The notes: generated by a model not told the origin, from the letters alone. Shown: positions 1 through 10,734, counted from the first letter of the whole stretch. The stretch: DNA of 63,847 nucleotides, filler included, from Lama guanicoe (GCA_013239625.1; 165 parts of 165 records of this genome joined end to end with filler, not necessarily neighbours in it), one strand, 5' to 3'. A program made the numbers and translations.

Positions 1-774
1 CTGACTCTTCAACATCTCCTTATAAGAGCAACAGGGTCCTTTGCCCTTATGCTTCTGTAGGTCCCTGAGAACCAGCACCCGGGACCGGCACTGGTTTAGA
101 AAAGCTGCATCAACAAGTTTCAGTGGCTTTCTCTCCCCCGATCCTCCTGGCGGATCGCCGCAGACTGTGAGATGTCTCAGGGTCAGGGTGCGGGGATCAG
201 TGCCCCGCAGAATTAAGCACTGTTCGCCCCTGTGACTGAGCTCATAGCCAGAAAAGCACATGAAGGCTTGAAATACAAGAATAATTANNNNNNNNNNNNN
301 NNNNNNNNNNNNNNNNNNNNNNNNNNNNNNNTTAATTAATTAANNNNNNNNNNNNNNNNNNNNNNNNNNNNNNNNNNNNNNNNNNNNAGTGGATGAGAGG
401 CAAATTTATAGTCCCTTTAGGGTTACTGCTCAGTCAGGGACAGGGACCACTCTGGCTAGGAATGGCAAGACCGTGGATGGGGTGGATGGGTAGAAGGAGC
501 TGACATTTGCTTCTGACCTGAGAGACAGGGTTGTGTTGCAGAAAAGCAGACAGTGCTGGAAAGATGCAGCTTGCCCACAGCCAAAAAGGAGCTGTCATAA
601 TCAGGGAGGTAAGAGAGCAAGAACAAGAGTTAGTGACACCACAGAGTCAGCAGCGTGGCAGCAGTGATGTCAGTNNNNNNNNNNNNNNNNNNNNNNNNNN
701 NNNNNNNNNNNNNNNNNNTTAATTAATTAANNNNNNNNNNNNNNNNNNNNNNNNNNNNNNNNNNNNNNNNNNNN

Positions 775-1061
775 GTATCCACTCACTGAAAGGCAAGAGC
801 TGCTAAATGGTCCTCCCACAGGTTCCAGGACAGCTCTAAGGGTGACCATCAAAGGTCAAAAGGTGGGTGATGGCTCAGTTCCTGGGCATCCCAGCCTCTT
901 CCCCAAAGTAGTTGGAATAATCCTTCCACTTGTCAGCATATGAAGTTACCCAGCCCATAAAAACTAACAGCCCCACACCTCGTGGCCTTTCTCTTGCCTT
1001 CTGAGATGGCCCGCACTCTTTCTATGAAGTGTACATCTCTCTGAATAAATCTACTTTTACT
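775..1061 (+). mobile_element. ERV1-class LTR fragment (U3/R)
   Basis: LTR-like layout: CCCATAAAAA TATA-like box near 955-963 and AATAAA poly(A) signal near 1044, followed by TCTACTTT. It resembles laurasiatherian ERV1 LTRs. Confidence 0.65.
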
Positions 1062-1548
1062 NNNNNNNNNNNNNNNNNNNNNNNNNNNNNNNNNNNNNNN
1101 NNNNNTTAATTAATTAANNNNNNNNNNNNNNNNNNNNNNNNNNNNNNNNNNNNNNNNNNNNTAGTCTAATACCTATCATTCAACAACTTTTATTAAATTA
1201 ATAGAAAATAAAAAATAAAAACATAAACCCTTCCTTCTAGTTCATAGACTAATAAGAAGACCAATACTTCTGTGAATAACCGCTATACAGTATACAGGTA
1301 CTTTTAGTTATGTAAATAAGATAATATAGAAACACAGAAAAGGAATGTTTAAATATTCTTGGAAAATTACATGTAAATTGGATTTTGAAAAGTAACCTAA
1401 AAAGTGACAAGAAATGGATTGCAAAATCTGATATAGCTAGAACATAAGNNNNNNNNNNNNNNNNNNNNNNNNNNNNNNNNNNNNNNNNNNNNTTAATTAA
1501 TTAANNNNNNNNNNNNNNNNNNNNNNNNNNNNNNNNNNNNNNNNNNNN

Positions 1549-1835
1549 TGCCTGGGCTCAGTCCTCTATCTTGCCCACCGGTAGCCTGGGTCCACGTATG
1601 GTGCAAGTGGAGGCCGCGGAGCCCAGGCTGATCCCCACACATGGACAGATGAGGGTGCCCTGCCCGGGTGCCCCGCCCCACTGCCCCACTGCCCCGCTGC
1701 CTCGCTGCCCCTCTGCCCCGCCCACTGGTGGCAGCAATGCCCCAGCTTCCGGCCGGCGCCACCTGTAGGTCAGGACTTCCGCGCGGCCCCGCCCTGCCCG
1801 GCCCCGCCCAGCTATCCCATAAGCCTCCCCCCACC
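1549..1835 (-). promoter_or_regulatory. GC-rich promoter-like fragment with GC boxes, ETS sites and a CTCF-like motif
   Basis: On the minus strand: several GGGGCGGG/GGGCGGGG boxes, GCGGAAGT and CCGGAAGC, and CCTACAGGTGGCGC (plus 1756-1769), which resembles the CTCF core. Confidence 0.55.
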
Positions 1836-2710
1836 NNNNNNNNNNNNNNNNNNNNNNNNNNNNNNNNNNNNNNNNNNNNTTAATTAATTAANNNNNNNNN
1901 NNNNNNNNNNNNNNNNNNNNNNNNNNNNNNNNNNNTTAAGTCAAATACTCCTGCTTTGTTTTGTTTGCATCTGCCCAGTATCTTTTAACCATCACTTTGT
2001 TTTCAGACTTTTTTTTGCTTTGTTTGAAGTGTTCGTGCAAGGGATATATGGTCAAATGTTTACATTTTGTTCAGTCTGAAAGTTCTGCTGCTTACAGCTT
2101 GTATAGAAACTGATACCACACTATTTAATGTCTACCATGTAATTGACTAAGCCCTCATTTCTTTGTCTTCATTTTAACTTATTTCATTTAGTTACTATTC
2201 ATTCTACTCTTCCCCTTGTTAANNNNNNNNNNNNNNNNNNNNNNNNNNNNNNNNNNNNNNNNNNNNTTAATTAATTAANNNNNNNNNNNNNNNNNNNNNN
2301 NNNNNNNNNNNNNNNNNNNNNNACATTCCAAGAATGTTAATTTTGCATTAAATAAGGAAAGCTATACTTCAGAAGTGCTTACTGCAGTTTGATTCAGTGT
2401 CCTTCACCTTCAAGAAACACAATTGCTTTTACAGTAGAAATTTTCTCACATTAGTGAAATGCAGTGGCTTGTTAATTCGCAAAATATATACTAGAAACAT
2501 TATCATTGGTGAAATCAACTATATTCAAGATATTGCCATGGTTAAAAAATTTAAGACATGAATTCCCTTTCCTTGATAAATTCAGTATAAAACTCTACTG
2601 AGTAATCCANNNNNNNNNNNNNNNNNNNNNNNNNNNNNNNNNNNNNNNNNNNNTTAATTAATTAANNNNNNNNNNNNNNNNNNNNNNNNNNNNNNNNNNN
2701 NNNNNNNNNA

Positions 2711-2995
2711 TGCTTCACACAGTGTCTGCTCTTCATTGCCCTGGTGATCACTGAGTTTTATATCCTTGCTTCAATGGCGTTGGATCGCTATGTGGCCATT
2801 TGCAGCCCTTTACATTACAGCATCAGGATGTCCAAGAGCATCTGCCTCTTTCTAGTCATAGTCCCTTACTCTTGTGGCTTCCTTAATGGGCTCTCTCAGG
2901 CACTGCTGACTTTCCACTTGTCCTTCTGTGGCTCCCGTGAAATCAATCATTTCTACTGTGCTGACCCTCCTCTCATGATGCTGGCCTGCTCTGAC
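2711..2995 (+). CDS. Olfactory receptor family 5 subfamily M (OR5M1/OR5M10-like), internal fragment TM3-ECL2
   Basis: Frame is open across the fragment: CFTQCLLFIALVITEFYILASMALDRYVAICSPLHYS...FHLSFCGSREINHFYCADPPLMMLACSD. It has the MAxDRYVAICxPLHY and HFYCD-type OR motifs, and the LASMALDRY and HFYCADPPL signature of OR5M. Confidence 0.93.
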
Positions 2996-3483
2996 ANNNN
3001 NNNNNNNNNNNNNNNNNNNNNNNNNNNNNNNNNNNNNNNNTTAATTAATTAANNNNNNNNNNNNNNNNNNNNNNNNNNNNNNNNNNNNNNNNNNNNTTTT
3101 TTTTTCCAGCGGCATCAATGGTTTAATGGGTAAGGGGATCTTACATGCCTGAAGCAAGGTCCTGGAGCCACAACCCCATTATGTGTGGCAGGACATGGCA
3201 GCAGTCTTTGCTACTGAAGGGAGAAGAGGTTACCAGTTAATGGGGGGAAAATTCTCAGTTTTGACCATTATATTTCTCTATTTTCTACCTAATCAGAAGC
3301 AAAGGAAATTCAAAACCACCCAGAACACACAAATTCACAATACTCTGTGTAAAGCAGGGGAAAAAAGTTAAGCTATTTTTTTTNNNNNNNNNNNNNNNNN
3401 NNNNNNNNNNNNNNNNNNNNNNNNNNNTTAATTAATTAANNNNNNNNNNNNNNNNNNNNNNNNNNNNNNNNNNNNNNNNNNNN

Positions 3484-3770
3484 GGTCGTATGTTCAACCC
3501 CTCAAAAAGACAGTAAATTCAAGAAGGCTGAAATCATACCAATAGCTTCTCTGACCTTGTCATATGAAACTAAAAATTAGTAAGAGGGAAGACTGGAAAA
3601 CTCACAGATACTTGGAATTAAACATTCTCCTAAACAACCAATAGATCAAAGTAGAAATTAAAGTTGGCAGGGGATGGGTCAGACAAATTGAATGCCATGT
3701 TAGCAGAAGTAAAGAAAAGATTAGATCAGAAATAAGTAATATAGAGAATAGGAAAACAATAGAAAAGATT
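3484..3770 (+). mobile_element. LINE-1 ORF2 remnant (end of endonuclease domain and downstream), degenerate, internally deleted
   Basis: Decayed coding for EII..FSDH..MKLEI, LLNNQ..K.EIK and IR.EI..IENRKTIEKI motifs of L1 ORF2p. Confidence 0.8.
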
Positions 3771-3870
3771 NNNNNNNNNNNNNNNNNNNNNNNNNNNNNN
3801 NNNNNNNNNNNNNNTTAATTAATTAANNNNNNNNNNNNNNNNNNNNNNNNNNNNNNNNNNNNNNNNNNNN

Positions 3871-3985
3871 AGACTCTATTCAATATCTTATAGTCACCTA
3901 TAATGACAATGAGTATGAAGAGGAGGAATAAATGCATGTATATGTCTGACTGAAACATTCCACTGTGAATCAGAAATTGACATAA
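3871..3985 (+). mobile_element. LINE-1 3' UTR terminus, camelid/cetartiodactyl type
   Basis: ACTCTATTCAATATCTTATAGTCACCTATAATG...ATATGTCTGACTGAAACATT...CAGAAATTGACA, homologous to the L1 3' ends at 57728 and 59281. Confidence 0.75.
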
Positions 3986-4257
3986 ATCTTTATGGAATTT
4001 TCTGATACAAAGAACTATACAGAAAATAATCAACAAAGATGCTGTATAGCAGAGAAATGACAAGGGGATAATATCCAATTATAGAAAATAATTCACACAA
4101 TTTATCAAAATAAAACTCAATCAAGAAGATGACTTAAAGAGAAAATTTTTCACAGAANNNNNNNNNNNNNNNNNNNNNNNNNNNNNNNNNNNNNNNNNNN
4201 NTTAATTAATTAANNNNNNNNNNNNNNNNNNNNNNNNNNNNNNNNNNNNNNNNNNNN

Positions 4258-4532
4258 AAACTGAAAAAAATTGAATAAAGTACAGTGAGCTGTGGGACAT
4301 TTTCAAGCCGCCTAATATATGTGGATTTGGAGTTCCACAAAAGGGGGTAGAGCAACAGAAACATGTTTAAGGAAATAATGGCTTAAATTTTTCCAGATTT
4401 AATGTAAACCCTAAATTCTCAAATCTAAGAAACTCAAGCTCAAAAAGAAGAAATATAAAGAAAACTACTCTAAGGCACATCATAATCAATTGCTTTAGAC
4501 GAATTATAAAGAGAAAATCTTAAAAGCAGCCT
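4258..4532 (+). mobile_element. Old L1M ORF1 remnant
   Basis: GAGCTGTGGGACA...GGAGTTCCA...GAAATAATGGCT..ATTTTTCCAGATTT...AGGCACATCATAATCAA...AAAGAGAAAATCTTAAAAGCAGC, corresponding to LWD..GVP..EIM.ENFP..RHII..KEKILKAA. Confidence 0.85.
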
Positions 4533-4644
4533 GGGTGTGTACAGNNNNNNNNNNNNNNNNNNNNNNNNNNNNNNNNNNNNNNNNNNNNTTAATTAATTAA
4601 NNNNNNNNNNNNNNNNNNNNNNNNNNNNNNNNNNNNNNNNNNNN

Positions 4645-4931
4645 AAAAAAAATACAAACCCCAGAAAATACTAATTCAGAAGGATACATGTATCCCAATG
4701 TTCATAGCAGCATTTTTTACAACTGCCAAGATACAGAAGCAGTCTAAGTGTCCAATGATGATGAATGGATAAAGATGTGGTATATTACTTGGACATTAAA
4801 GTGAATGAAATTCTACCATTTGCAACAACGTGGATGGACCTAGAGAGTATTATGCTTAATGATGTAAGTCAGAGAAAGACAAATACAGTATGTTATATTT
4901 ATATGTGAAATCTAAAAAATATAACAAATGA
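4645..4931 (+). mobile_element. LINE-1 ORF2 C-terminus and 3' UTR fragment
   Basis: CCCAATGTTCATAGCAGCA...GATGAATGGATAAAG...CCATTTGCAACAACGTGGATGGACCTAGAG...AGAGAAAGACAAATAC. Confidence 0.9.
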
Positions 4932-5418
4932 NNNNNNNNNNNNNNNNNNNNNNNNNNNNNNNNNNNNNNNNNNNNTTAATTAATTAANNNNNNNNNNNNN
5001 NNNNNNNNNNNNNNNNNNNNNNNNNNNNNNNAAAAAAAAAAGAGAGAGAGAGAGAGAGGGAAAGCCACCAGGTGGTCCAGGGCTGTTTCTTCCTCTGCAA
5101 AATAGGTGTGGATTTTCTTCTCTGATTTGCTAGCATTCTGCAAACTCTGGTTCCAATCCACAGGTCACCCCAAATCCCCAGGTCATCACCCAGAAGCTCT
5201 CACAAAGGTTATGTTAGAGTGAGGCCCCCAATGCCACGTTGGAATGGCATCAGATATTTCTGTGTTAGCATTTTAGAGACATTTTCCCTTTATTAGATTC
5301 CCTTTGGAGTGGATGCTGNNNNNNNNNNNNNNNNNNNNNNNNNNNNNNNNNNNNNNNNNNNNTTAATTAATTAANNNNNNNNNNNNNNNNNNNNNNNNNN
5401 NNNNNNNNNNNNNNNNNN

Positions 5419-5502
5419 ATTTAATGGGTTTGTAGGTGTAATTCTTGGTGTATTTGTAAGAAAGGGCGAGCTGTGAGTCTCCCTACTCCGCCATCTTGGC
5501 TC
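5419..5502 (-). mobile_element. LINE-1 extreme 5' end with YY1 site
   Basis: Minus strand reads GAGCCAAGATGGCGGAGTAGGGAGAC...CTCGCCCTTTC...CAAATACACCAAG. The YY1 motif CAAGATGGCGG is at plus 5488-5498. Confidence 0.75.
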
Positions 5503-6579
5503 AACCTGTTGGAATTTCTAATTTGGATATTCTTGGGTACGGACTGGACATGAAGATTTTTAAATATCGCCAAGTCATCGTAGTACAGGTATCCCCTGAT
5601 TTTCAAGTTTCCTTTACACCACTTTGCTTTTGCAAAAGACTTATATTAATACCTGTTTTGGCTAACAGCAACAAAAACATCCAGGGAGGATTTTCACTTT
5701 TACAGNNNNNNNNNNNNNNNNNNNNNNNNNNNNNNNNNNNNNNNNNNNNTTAATTAATTAANNNNNNNNNNNNNNNNNNNNNNNNNNNNNNNNNNNNNNN
5801 NNNNNGTAACATTCATTCCCCCTTCCCCTCTCCTTCCTCAAGCAGTCAATCAGGCTGATTACCTGGGTGTCCATCTTGCAGAACGATACAATGACTGGGA
5901 GTGGGACTCCCACTTAACAGATAGGGAACTAGAGGCATTAACAAGAGAGGGAAACTGGATGCCTTGTCCACGGGCATTAACCAAAGTCTTACTTACAGAA
6001 TGCTTAGCCTGTCTCTTCTTCCAATTCATATGCCACACATGGATTTTTTTTCCCTCCCAAGAAGTCTTACCTGAGAGTGAGATGTGCCTAACNNNNNNNN
6101 NNNNNNNNNNNNNNNNNNNNNNNNNNNNNNNNNNNNTTAATTAATTAANNNNNNNNNNNNNNNNNNNNNNNNNNNNNNNNNNNNNNNNNNNNATTGGAGG
6201 CAGCATTAGCATTACTAGATCTAAGGGCAGAGAGAGGGAGCTGACTGCAGAGAAGACAGAAATCCAGCAAGAATTAAGTGAAGGTGGGAAACAATTGGGT
6301 TTCCCCCCTTTGCTAATTCTAGAATCTTTGTTCCTTAAAAAACGTGGTGAAAACATGTAAAGTAGAATCCTGGAAACAGTGGTAGAAGGATAAGAGCTGG
6401 ATGAGGCCAAGAATTTCTCTCTTGATACCACTGTGTGCAGGGACCCCTGGGACTTGTGGGGACAATGGCTGGCAAAAATNNNNNNNNNNNNNNNNNNNNN
6501 NNNNNNNNNNNNNNNNNNNNNNNTTAATTAATTAANNNNNNNNNNNNNNNNNNNNNNNNNNNNNNNNNNNNNNNNNNNN

Positions 6580-6866
6580 AAAGGAAACCATCAACAACTT
6601 GAAAAGGCAACCTACCATATAGGAGAAAGTATCTGTGAAATCATGTATCTGATAAGAAGCTGATATTCAAAGTACATAAAGAACTCATACAACTCAATAG
6701 CAAAAGCCAAAGAATCCAATTTTAAAAAATGGACAGAGGATCTGAATAGACATTTTCCAAAGACACACAGATGGTCATCAGGTACATGAAACAGTGCTCA
6801 GCATCACTAGTCATAAGGGAGCTGCAAATCAAAACCACAATGAGATGTCACCTCACACCTGTTAGA
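6580..6866 (+). mobile_element. LINE-1 ORF2 C-terminal region, degenerate
   Basis: Decayed KETIN..KRQPT..EK...SDK..I.K.YKEL.QLN...KW.EDLNRHF...MK.CS.SL...QIKTTMR.HLTPVR. Confidence 0.92.
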
Positions 6867-6966
6867 NNNNNNNNNNNNNNNNNNNNNNNNNNNNNNNNNN
6901 NNNNNNNNNNTTAATTAATTAANNNNNNNNNNNNNNNNNNNNNNNNNNNNNNNNNNNNNNNNNNNN

Positions 6967-7056
6967 TTGCTGTGCAAAAGCTTTTAAGTTTAATTAGGTC
7001 CTATTTGTTTACTTTTGCCTTTATTTCCTTTATATAGGAGACAGATCCAAAAAAAT
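6967..7056 (-). mobile_element. LINE-1 ORF2 fragment
   Basis: TTGCTGTGCAAAAGCTTTTAAGTTTAATTAGGTCC...TTTGTTTA is the reverse complement of the L1 'DLIKLKSFCTAK' region. Confidence 0.85.
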
Positions 7057-7353
7057 CTTTCTATCAACAGCTTTTATTACTTTTTAAGTAATTGTGTAAA
7101 TATGAAAATAAACAGGAATAAAATGCTAAATTAAATATTAAAATTACTCATAATTTCCACTTTTTTTCCCAAAGAATGTGAAAAAAGTAACAAAAGACCC
7201 CCTACCTGCCCCGCCCCCAACGCCACCTCAGACGGAATCAGCGTCCATTGCATNNNNNNNNNNNNNNNNNNNNNNNNNNNNNNNNNNNNNNNNNNNNTTA
7301 ATTAATTAANNNNNNNNNNNNNNNNNNNNNNNNNNNNNNNNNNNNNNNNNNNN

Positions 7354-7640
7354 CTTCGTTCATCTAGCATAAAGGGAATGGGTTGCAGTAGAAACAATTA
7401 CTCAGTTATTCAGTATGTTTCCTAGTGCCGTTTTGAAATTCATGCAATTTTCAGAGTAAAACCGAGTTGGAGTTAACGCCTTAAATATATATGTATGTAG
7501 AGTAGTTTCCCATTCAAAAGAAACTGTGTGTTCCAAAGAAGCTAGCTGATTGACGGCTTTCACACACACTTAACTCTGAGAATTGAGCATGTGGAGAGAA
7601 TTTCTTTCAACTTGCATAAAGGGAATGGTTTGTAGTAGAA
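7354..7640. repeat. Tandem satellite DNA, ~247-bp monomer (about 1.16 copies seen)
   Basis: The first 40 nt (CTTCGTTCATCTAGCATAAAGGGAATGGGTTGCAGTAGAA) recur as the last 40 nt (TTTCTTTCAACTTGCATAAAGGGAATGGTTTGTAGTAGAA). GCATAAAGGGAATGG starts at 7367 and 7614. Confidence 0.75.
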
Positions 7641-7774
7641 NNNNNNNNNNNNNNNNNNNNNNNNNNNNNNNNNNNNNNNNNNNNTTAATTAATTAANNNN
7701 NNNNNNNNNNNNNNNNNNNNNNNNNNNNNNNNNNNNNNNNCCGGGCCGCGCGGGCGGGCGAGCGCGGCCGGAGG

Positions 7775-7879
7775 ATGTCGGCGGGCGGCCGCGACGAGGA
7801 GCGGCGGAAGCTGGCCGACATCATCCAGCACTGGAACGCCAACCGGCTGGACCTGTTCGAGATCAGCCAGCCCACCGAG
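7775..7879 (+). CDS. AFDN: Afadin (AF6/MLLT4) coding exon 1, within a CpG island (7741-8027)
   Basis: ATG in an AGGATGT context encodes MSAGGRDEERRKLADIIQHWNANRLDLFEISQPTE, the afadin N-terminus. A GT donor follows at 7880 after 35 codons. The rest of the listed ORF is intronic read-through. Confidence 0.96.
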
Positions 7880-8127
7880 GTAGCGCGGCCGGGCCGGGCG
7901 GCCCCGCTCCCCTACCCCGAGCAGCTCGGGCCGCCCCTCCCCCTCGGGGAACCCCCCTCCCGCGGCCTCCGCGCCCCCAGGCCCGCGATGGACGCGCGCC
8001 GGGCGCGGGGAGCGCGCGGTCACCTGTNNNNNNNNNNNNNNNNNNNNNNNNNNNNNNNNNNNNNNNNNNNNTTAATTAATTAANNNNNNNNNNNNNNNNN
8101 NNNNNNNNNNNNNNNNNNNNNNNNNNN

Positions 8128-8414
8128 GCCCCCGCTGCCTCCTCGGAGCCCCCAGCCCGCATCCCGAGGTCCCCACGCCAGGCCTCCGGGCTGCACAAGG
8201 CAGGTTACCCGCCGCCAGGGCCAGGCACCCGCGATGAAGTTTGGGTCCGAAGAGGGAGCGGGAGGAGTTCCGAAAGGGTAAGGAAAGGAGCGCCCCACTA
8301 CATCGGGGGATCGAGCTCCTCCCGCCGCGGTAGTCCGACCGCCCTCGGCCTGCAGCGGTGGCTCAGCGGGGGCCGCCGCTGCCCCTCGGACCCTCCTCCG
8401 TCTCTGCTTCCTCT
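8128..8414. promoter_or_regulatory. CpG-island fragment, probably a 5' exon or promoter of an unidentified gene
   Basis: Very GC-rich with dense CpG. Possible minus-strand donor CGG|GTAACC near 8203-8208. Confidence 0.5.
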
Positions 8415-8901
8415 NNNNNNNNNNNNNNNNNNNNNNNNNNNNNNNNNNNNNNNNNNNNTTAATTAATTAANNNNNNNNNNNNNNNNNNNNNNNNNNNNNN
8501 NNNNNNNNNNNNNNTTTTCATGTAGATCATCATGCCAACCACAAACAGGAACTGTTATTTTTCCTCCTTTCCTGTCTGTGTGCCTTCGTTTCCTCTTCCG
8601 CATTACGAGCTGGCCAGAAACTCCAGCACCATGTTGAAGAAGAGGGGTGAGAATGGACACACTCGTCTTGCTACCAAGCCCGCAGGAGGGCATTCAGTGT
8701 GTCCCCACTAAGTACAGTGTCAGCGGGAGGTTTTCTGTGTGTGCTTCTCAGGTTGAAGTGGTTCTATTCCTGATTTACTGGTAGTTTTGACCCGGAATGG
8801 CNNNNNNNNNNNNNNNNNNNNNNNNNNNNNNNNNNNNNNNNNNNNTTAATTAATTAANNNNNNNNNNNNNNNNNNNNNNNNNNNNNNNNNNNNNNNNNNN
8901 N

Positions 8902-9188
8902 AGGAGAGTTACACCCTTGGGCAGACAGCATCCTTCAGCTCAGAGCCATTCCCAAAGGGAGAGTCAACTGAGAGTCATCAAAGTCCACTCTCCATCCAGA
9001 AGGGGGCACCTGGGTGGTACCCCACAGCATTCCCCTCAATCCATCCCTTGCACCTTTCACCGTTCAGTTCCCATATGGAAGCTTATTTCCACCCTCCATC
9101 TTCTGGTTGGTCCTTGCTGCTGCAGCTCATCTCAAAGTGCACATGCTACCCATCCTCTTCCTCCTCTGCTACCCCTGGTAGACTTACC
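8902..9188 (-). mobile_element. ERVL internal 3' end, polypurine tract and LTR16-like 3' LTR junction
   Basis: Minus strand: ...GCAAGGGATGGAT|TGAGGGGAATGCTGTGGGGTACCACCCAGGTGCCCCCTTC. The LTR begins with TG at 9038 and resembles the LTR16 start, preceded by a purine-rich tract (9039-9048). Confidence 0.6.
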
Positions 9189-9922
9189 NNNNNNNNNNNN
9201 NNNNNNNNNNNNNNNNNNNNNNNNNNNNNNNNTTAATTAATTAANNNNNNNNNNNNNNNNNNNNNNNNNNNNNNNNNNNNNNNNNNNNTGTAAAATGTAT
9301 TCATTTTCATTTCATTTTAAACTGTATCCAAAACTCTTGAAATTTCTAAGATCTAGTTAAATCATGTAACATTTTATGTATCTAGAGAAGTCAATATAGG
9401 TATTTGAGGACGTGCAATTTCTTTTTCTGTTAATGCTACTACACATATCTTCTTTAATTCATTCCATAAGCATTCACTGAGCATCTCCAACATGCCAAGT
9501 ATTCATGATATAAAGCCAAGGAGACTCAAGACCTGAGCCGTGAGAACCTCTACTCTACAGGATGCACCAAGAATTNNNNNNNNNNNNNNNNNNNNNNNNN
9601 NNNNNNNNNNNNNNNNNNNTTAATTAATTAANNNNNNNNNNNNNNNNNNNNNNNNNNNNNNNNNNNNNNNNNNNNTTAATACGCCAACAGAGTCTTAGCT
9701 GCATTCGTTTAAACTCACACTTCAATTTCTAGAATTGCCAGCTTCCTCTAATACCAATATTTAAGGGAAAGGAAAGGAACATGTGCTTTCTAATACGTGC
9801 CTTCTTTGTTTAAAGGAAAGAAGGAGGGTTAGCCTGAGTGAACACCTCTACAATTCATATTAAGTGTGCCAAAGATGGACTGAAATTGTCAAGAAGTTAT
9901 TTCTAAAAAACTCTGAGTTCTC

Positions 9923-9962
9923 GGGGGAAAGTATAGCTCAAGTGGCAGAGTGTGTGCTTAGC
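9923..9962 (+). mobile_element. Vic-1-type camelid tRNA-derived SINE, 5' head, truncated by fragment end
   Basis: GGGGGAAAGTATAGCTCAAGTGGCAGAGTGTGTGCTTAGC contains a Pol III A box and is homologous to the copy at 14083. Confidence 0.8.
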
Positions 9963-10449
9963 NNNNNNNNNNNNNNNNNNNNNNNNNNNNNNNNNNNNNN
10001 NNNNNNTTAATTAATTAANNNNNNNNNNNNNNNNNNNNNNNNNNNNNNNNNNNNNNNNNNNNTAAATTATGTTCAGGGGAGAAAATAAGTTGTTTTGTCA
10101 GAGAAAATGTGAAAGGGACTTGAACATAAGGGGATTATTGAGTGTGACTGATAGGATATAATATTATGTGAACATGTGAAGAAGGAGAAGAAATTTTATG
10201 GATTAAGACAGATAATGTGAATGAAATAGACTGTCAAAGCTATTGATAAATTAATCCAGTGGTAGTGGGAAATATGAGCAGTTTCTGCCCATGATTAGGT
10301 TTTCATTCAGCTACATCACTTGATATAAAATTTATATTGAACCTAATCCNNNNNNNNNNNNNNNNNNNNNNNNNNNNNNNNNNNNNNNNNNNNTTAATTA
10401 ATTAANNNNNNNNNNNNNNNNNNNNNNNNNNNNNNNNNNNNNNNNNNNN

Positions 10450-10734
10450 ACCACCATCATACTCCTGTTCCACCTAGACCCCCACCTCCGCACCCCCATG
10501 TACTTCTTCCTCACCAACCTCTCCATCTTGGACCTCTGCTTCACCACCAGCAGCATCCCCCAGATGCTGGTCAACCTCTGGGGCCCAGACAAGACCATCA
10601 GCTACCTGGGATGTGCGGTCCAGCTCTACATCTTCCTGGGACTGGCTGCTGCTGAGTGCGTGCTGCTGCTGGTCATGGCCTTTGACCGGTATGTGGCGGT
10701 GTACCAACCCCTACACTATGCAGCCATCATGCAC
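10450..10734 (+). CDS. Olfactory receptor family 2 (OR2C/OR2H/OR2B-like) fragment, TM1 end to ICL2
   Basis: Open frame [95 protein letters not shown], with LHTPMY-like and MAFDRY motifs. [16 protein letters not shown] is typical of OR2. Confidence 0.93.

Noticed and set aside
1..285. Minus-strand frame open across the whole first fragment (IILVFQAFMCFSGYELSHRGEQCLILRG...KEMLKSQ)
   Set aside because: No recognisable motif. With about 1000 fragment-frames in the window, several 95-codon open frames are expected by chance. BLASTx would settle it.
7880..8083. Extension of the AFDN ORF beyond residue 35, and the antisense ORFs 7685-8023 and 7693-7875
   Set aside because: GC-rich intron read-through and antisense shadows of a CpG island.
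8618..8646. Possible 29-nt micro-exon (CCAG|AAACTCC...GAGGG|GTGAGA) with a Kozak-like GCACCATG
   Set aside because: Splice signals are only moderate and there is no recognisable peptide.
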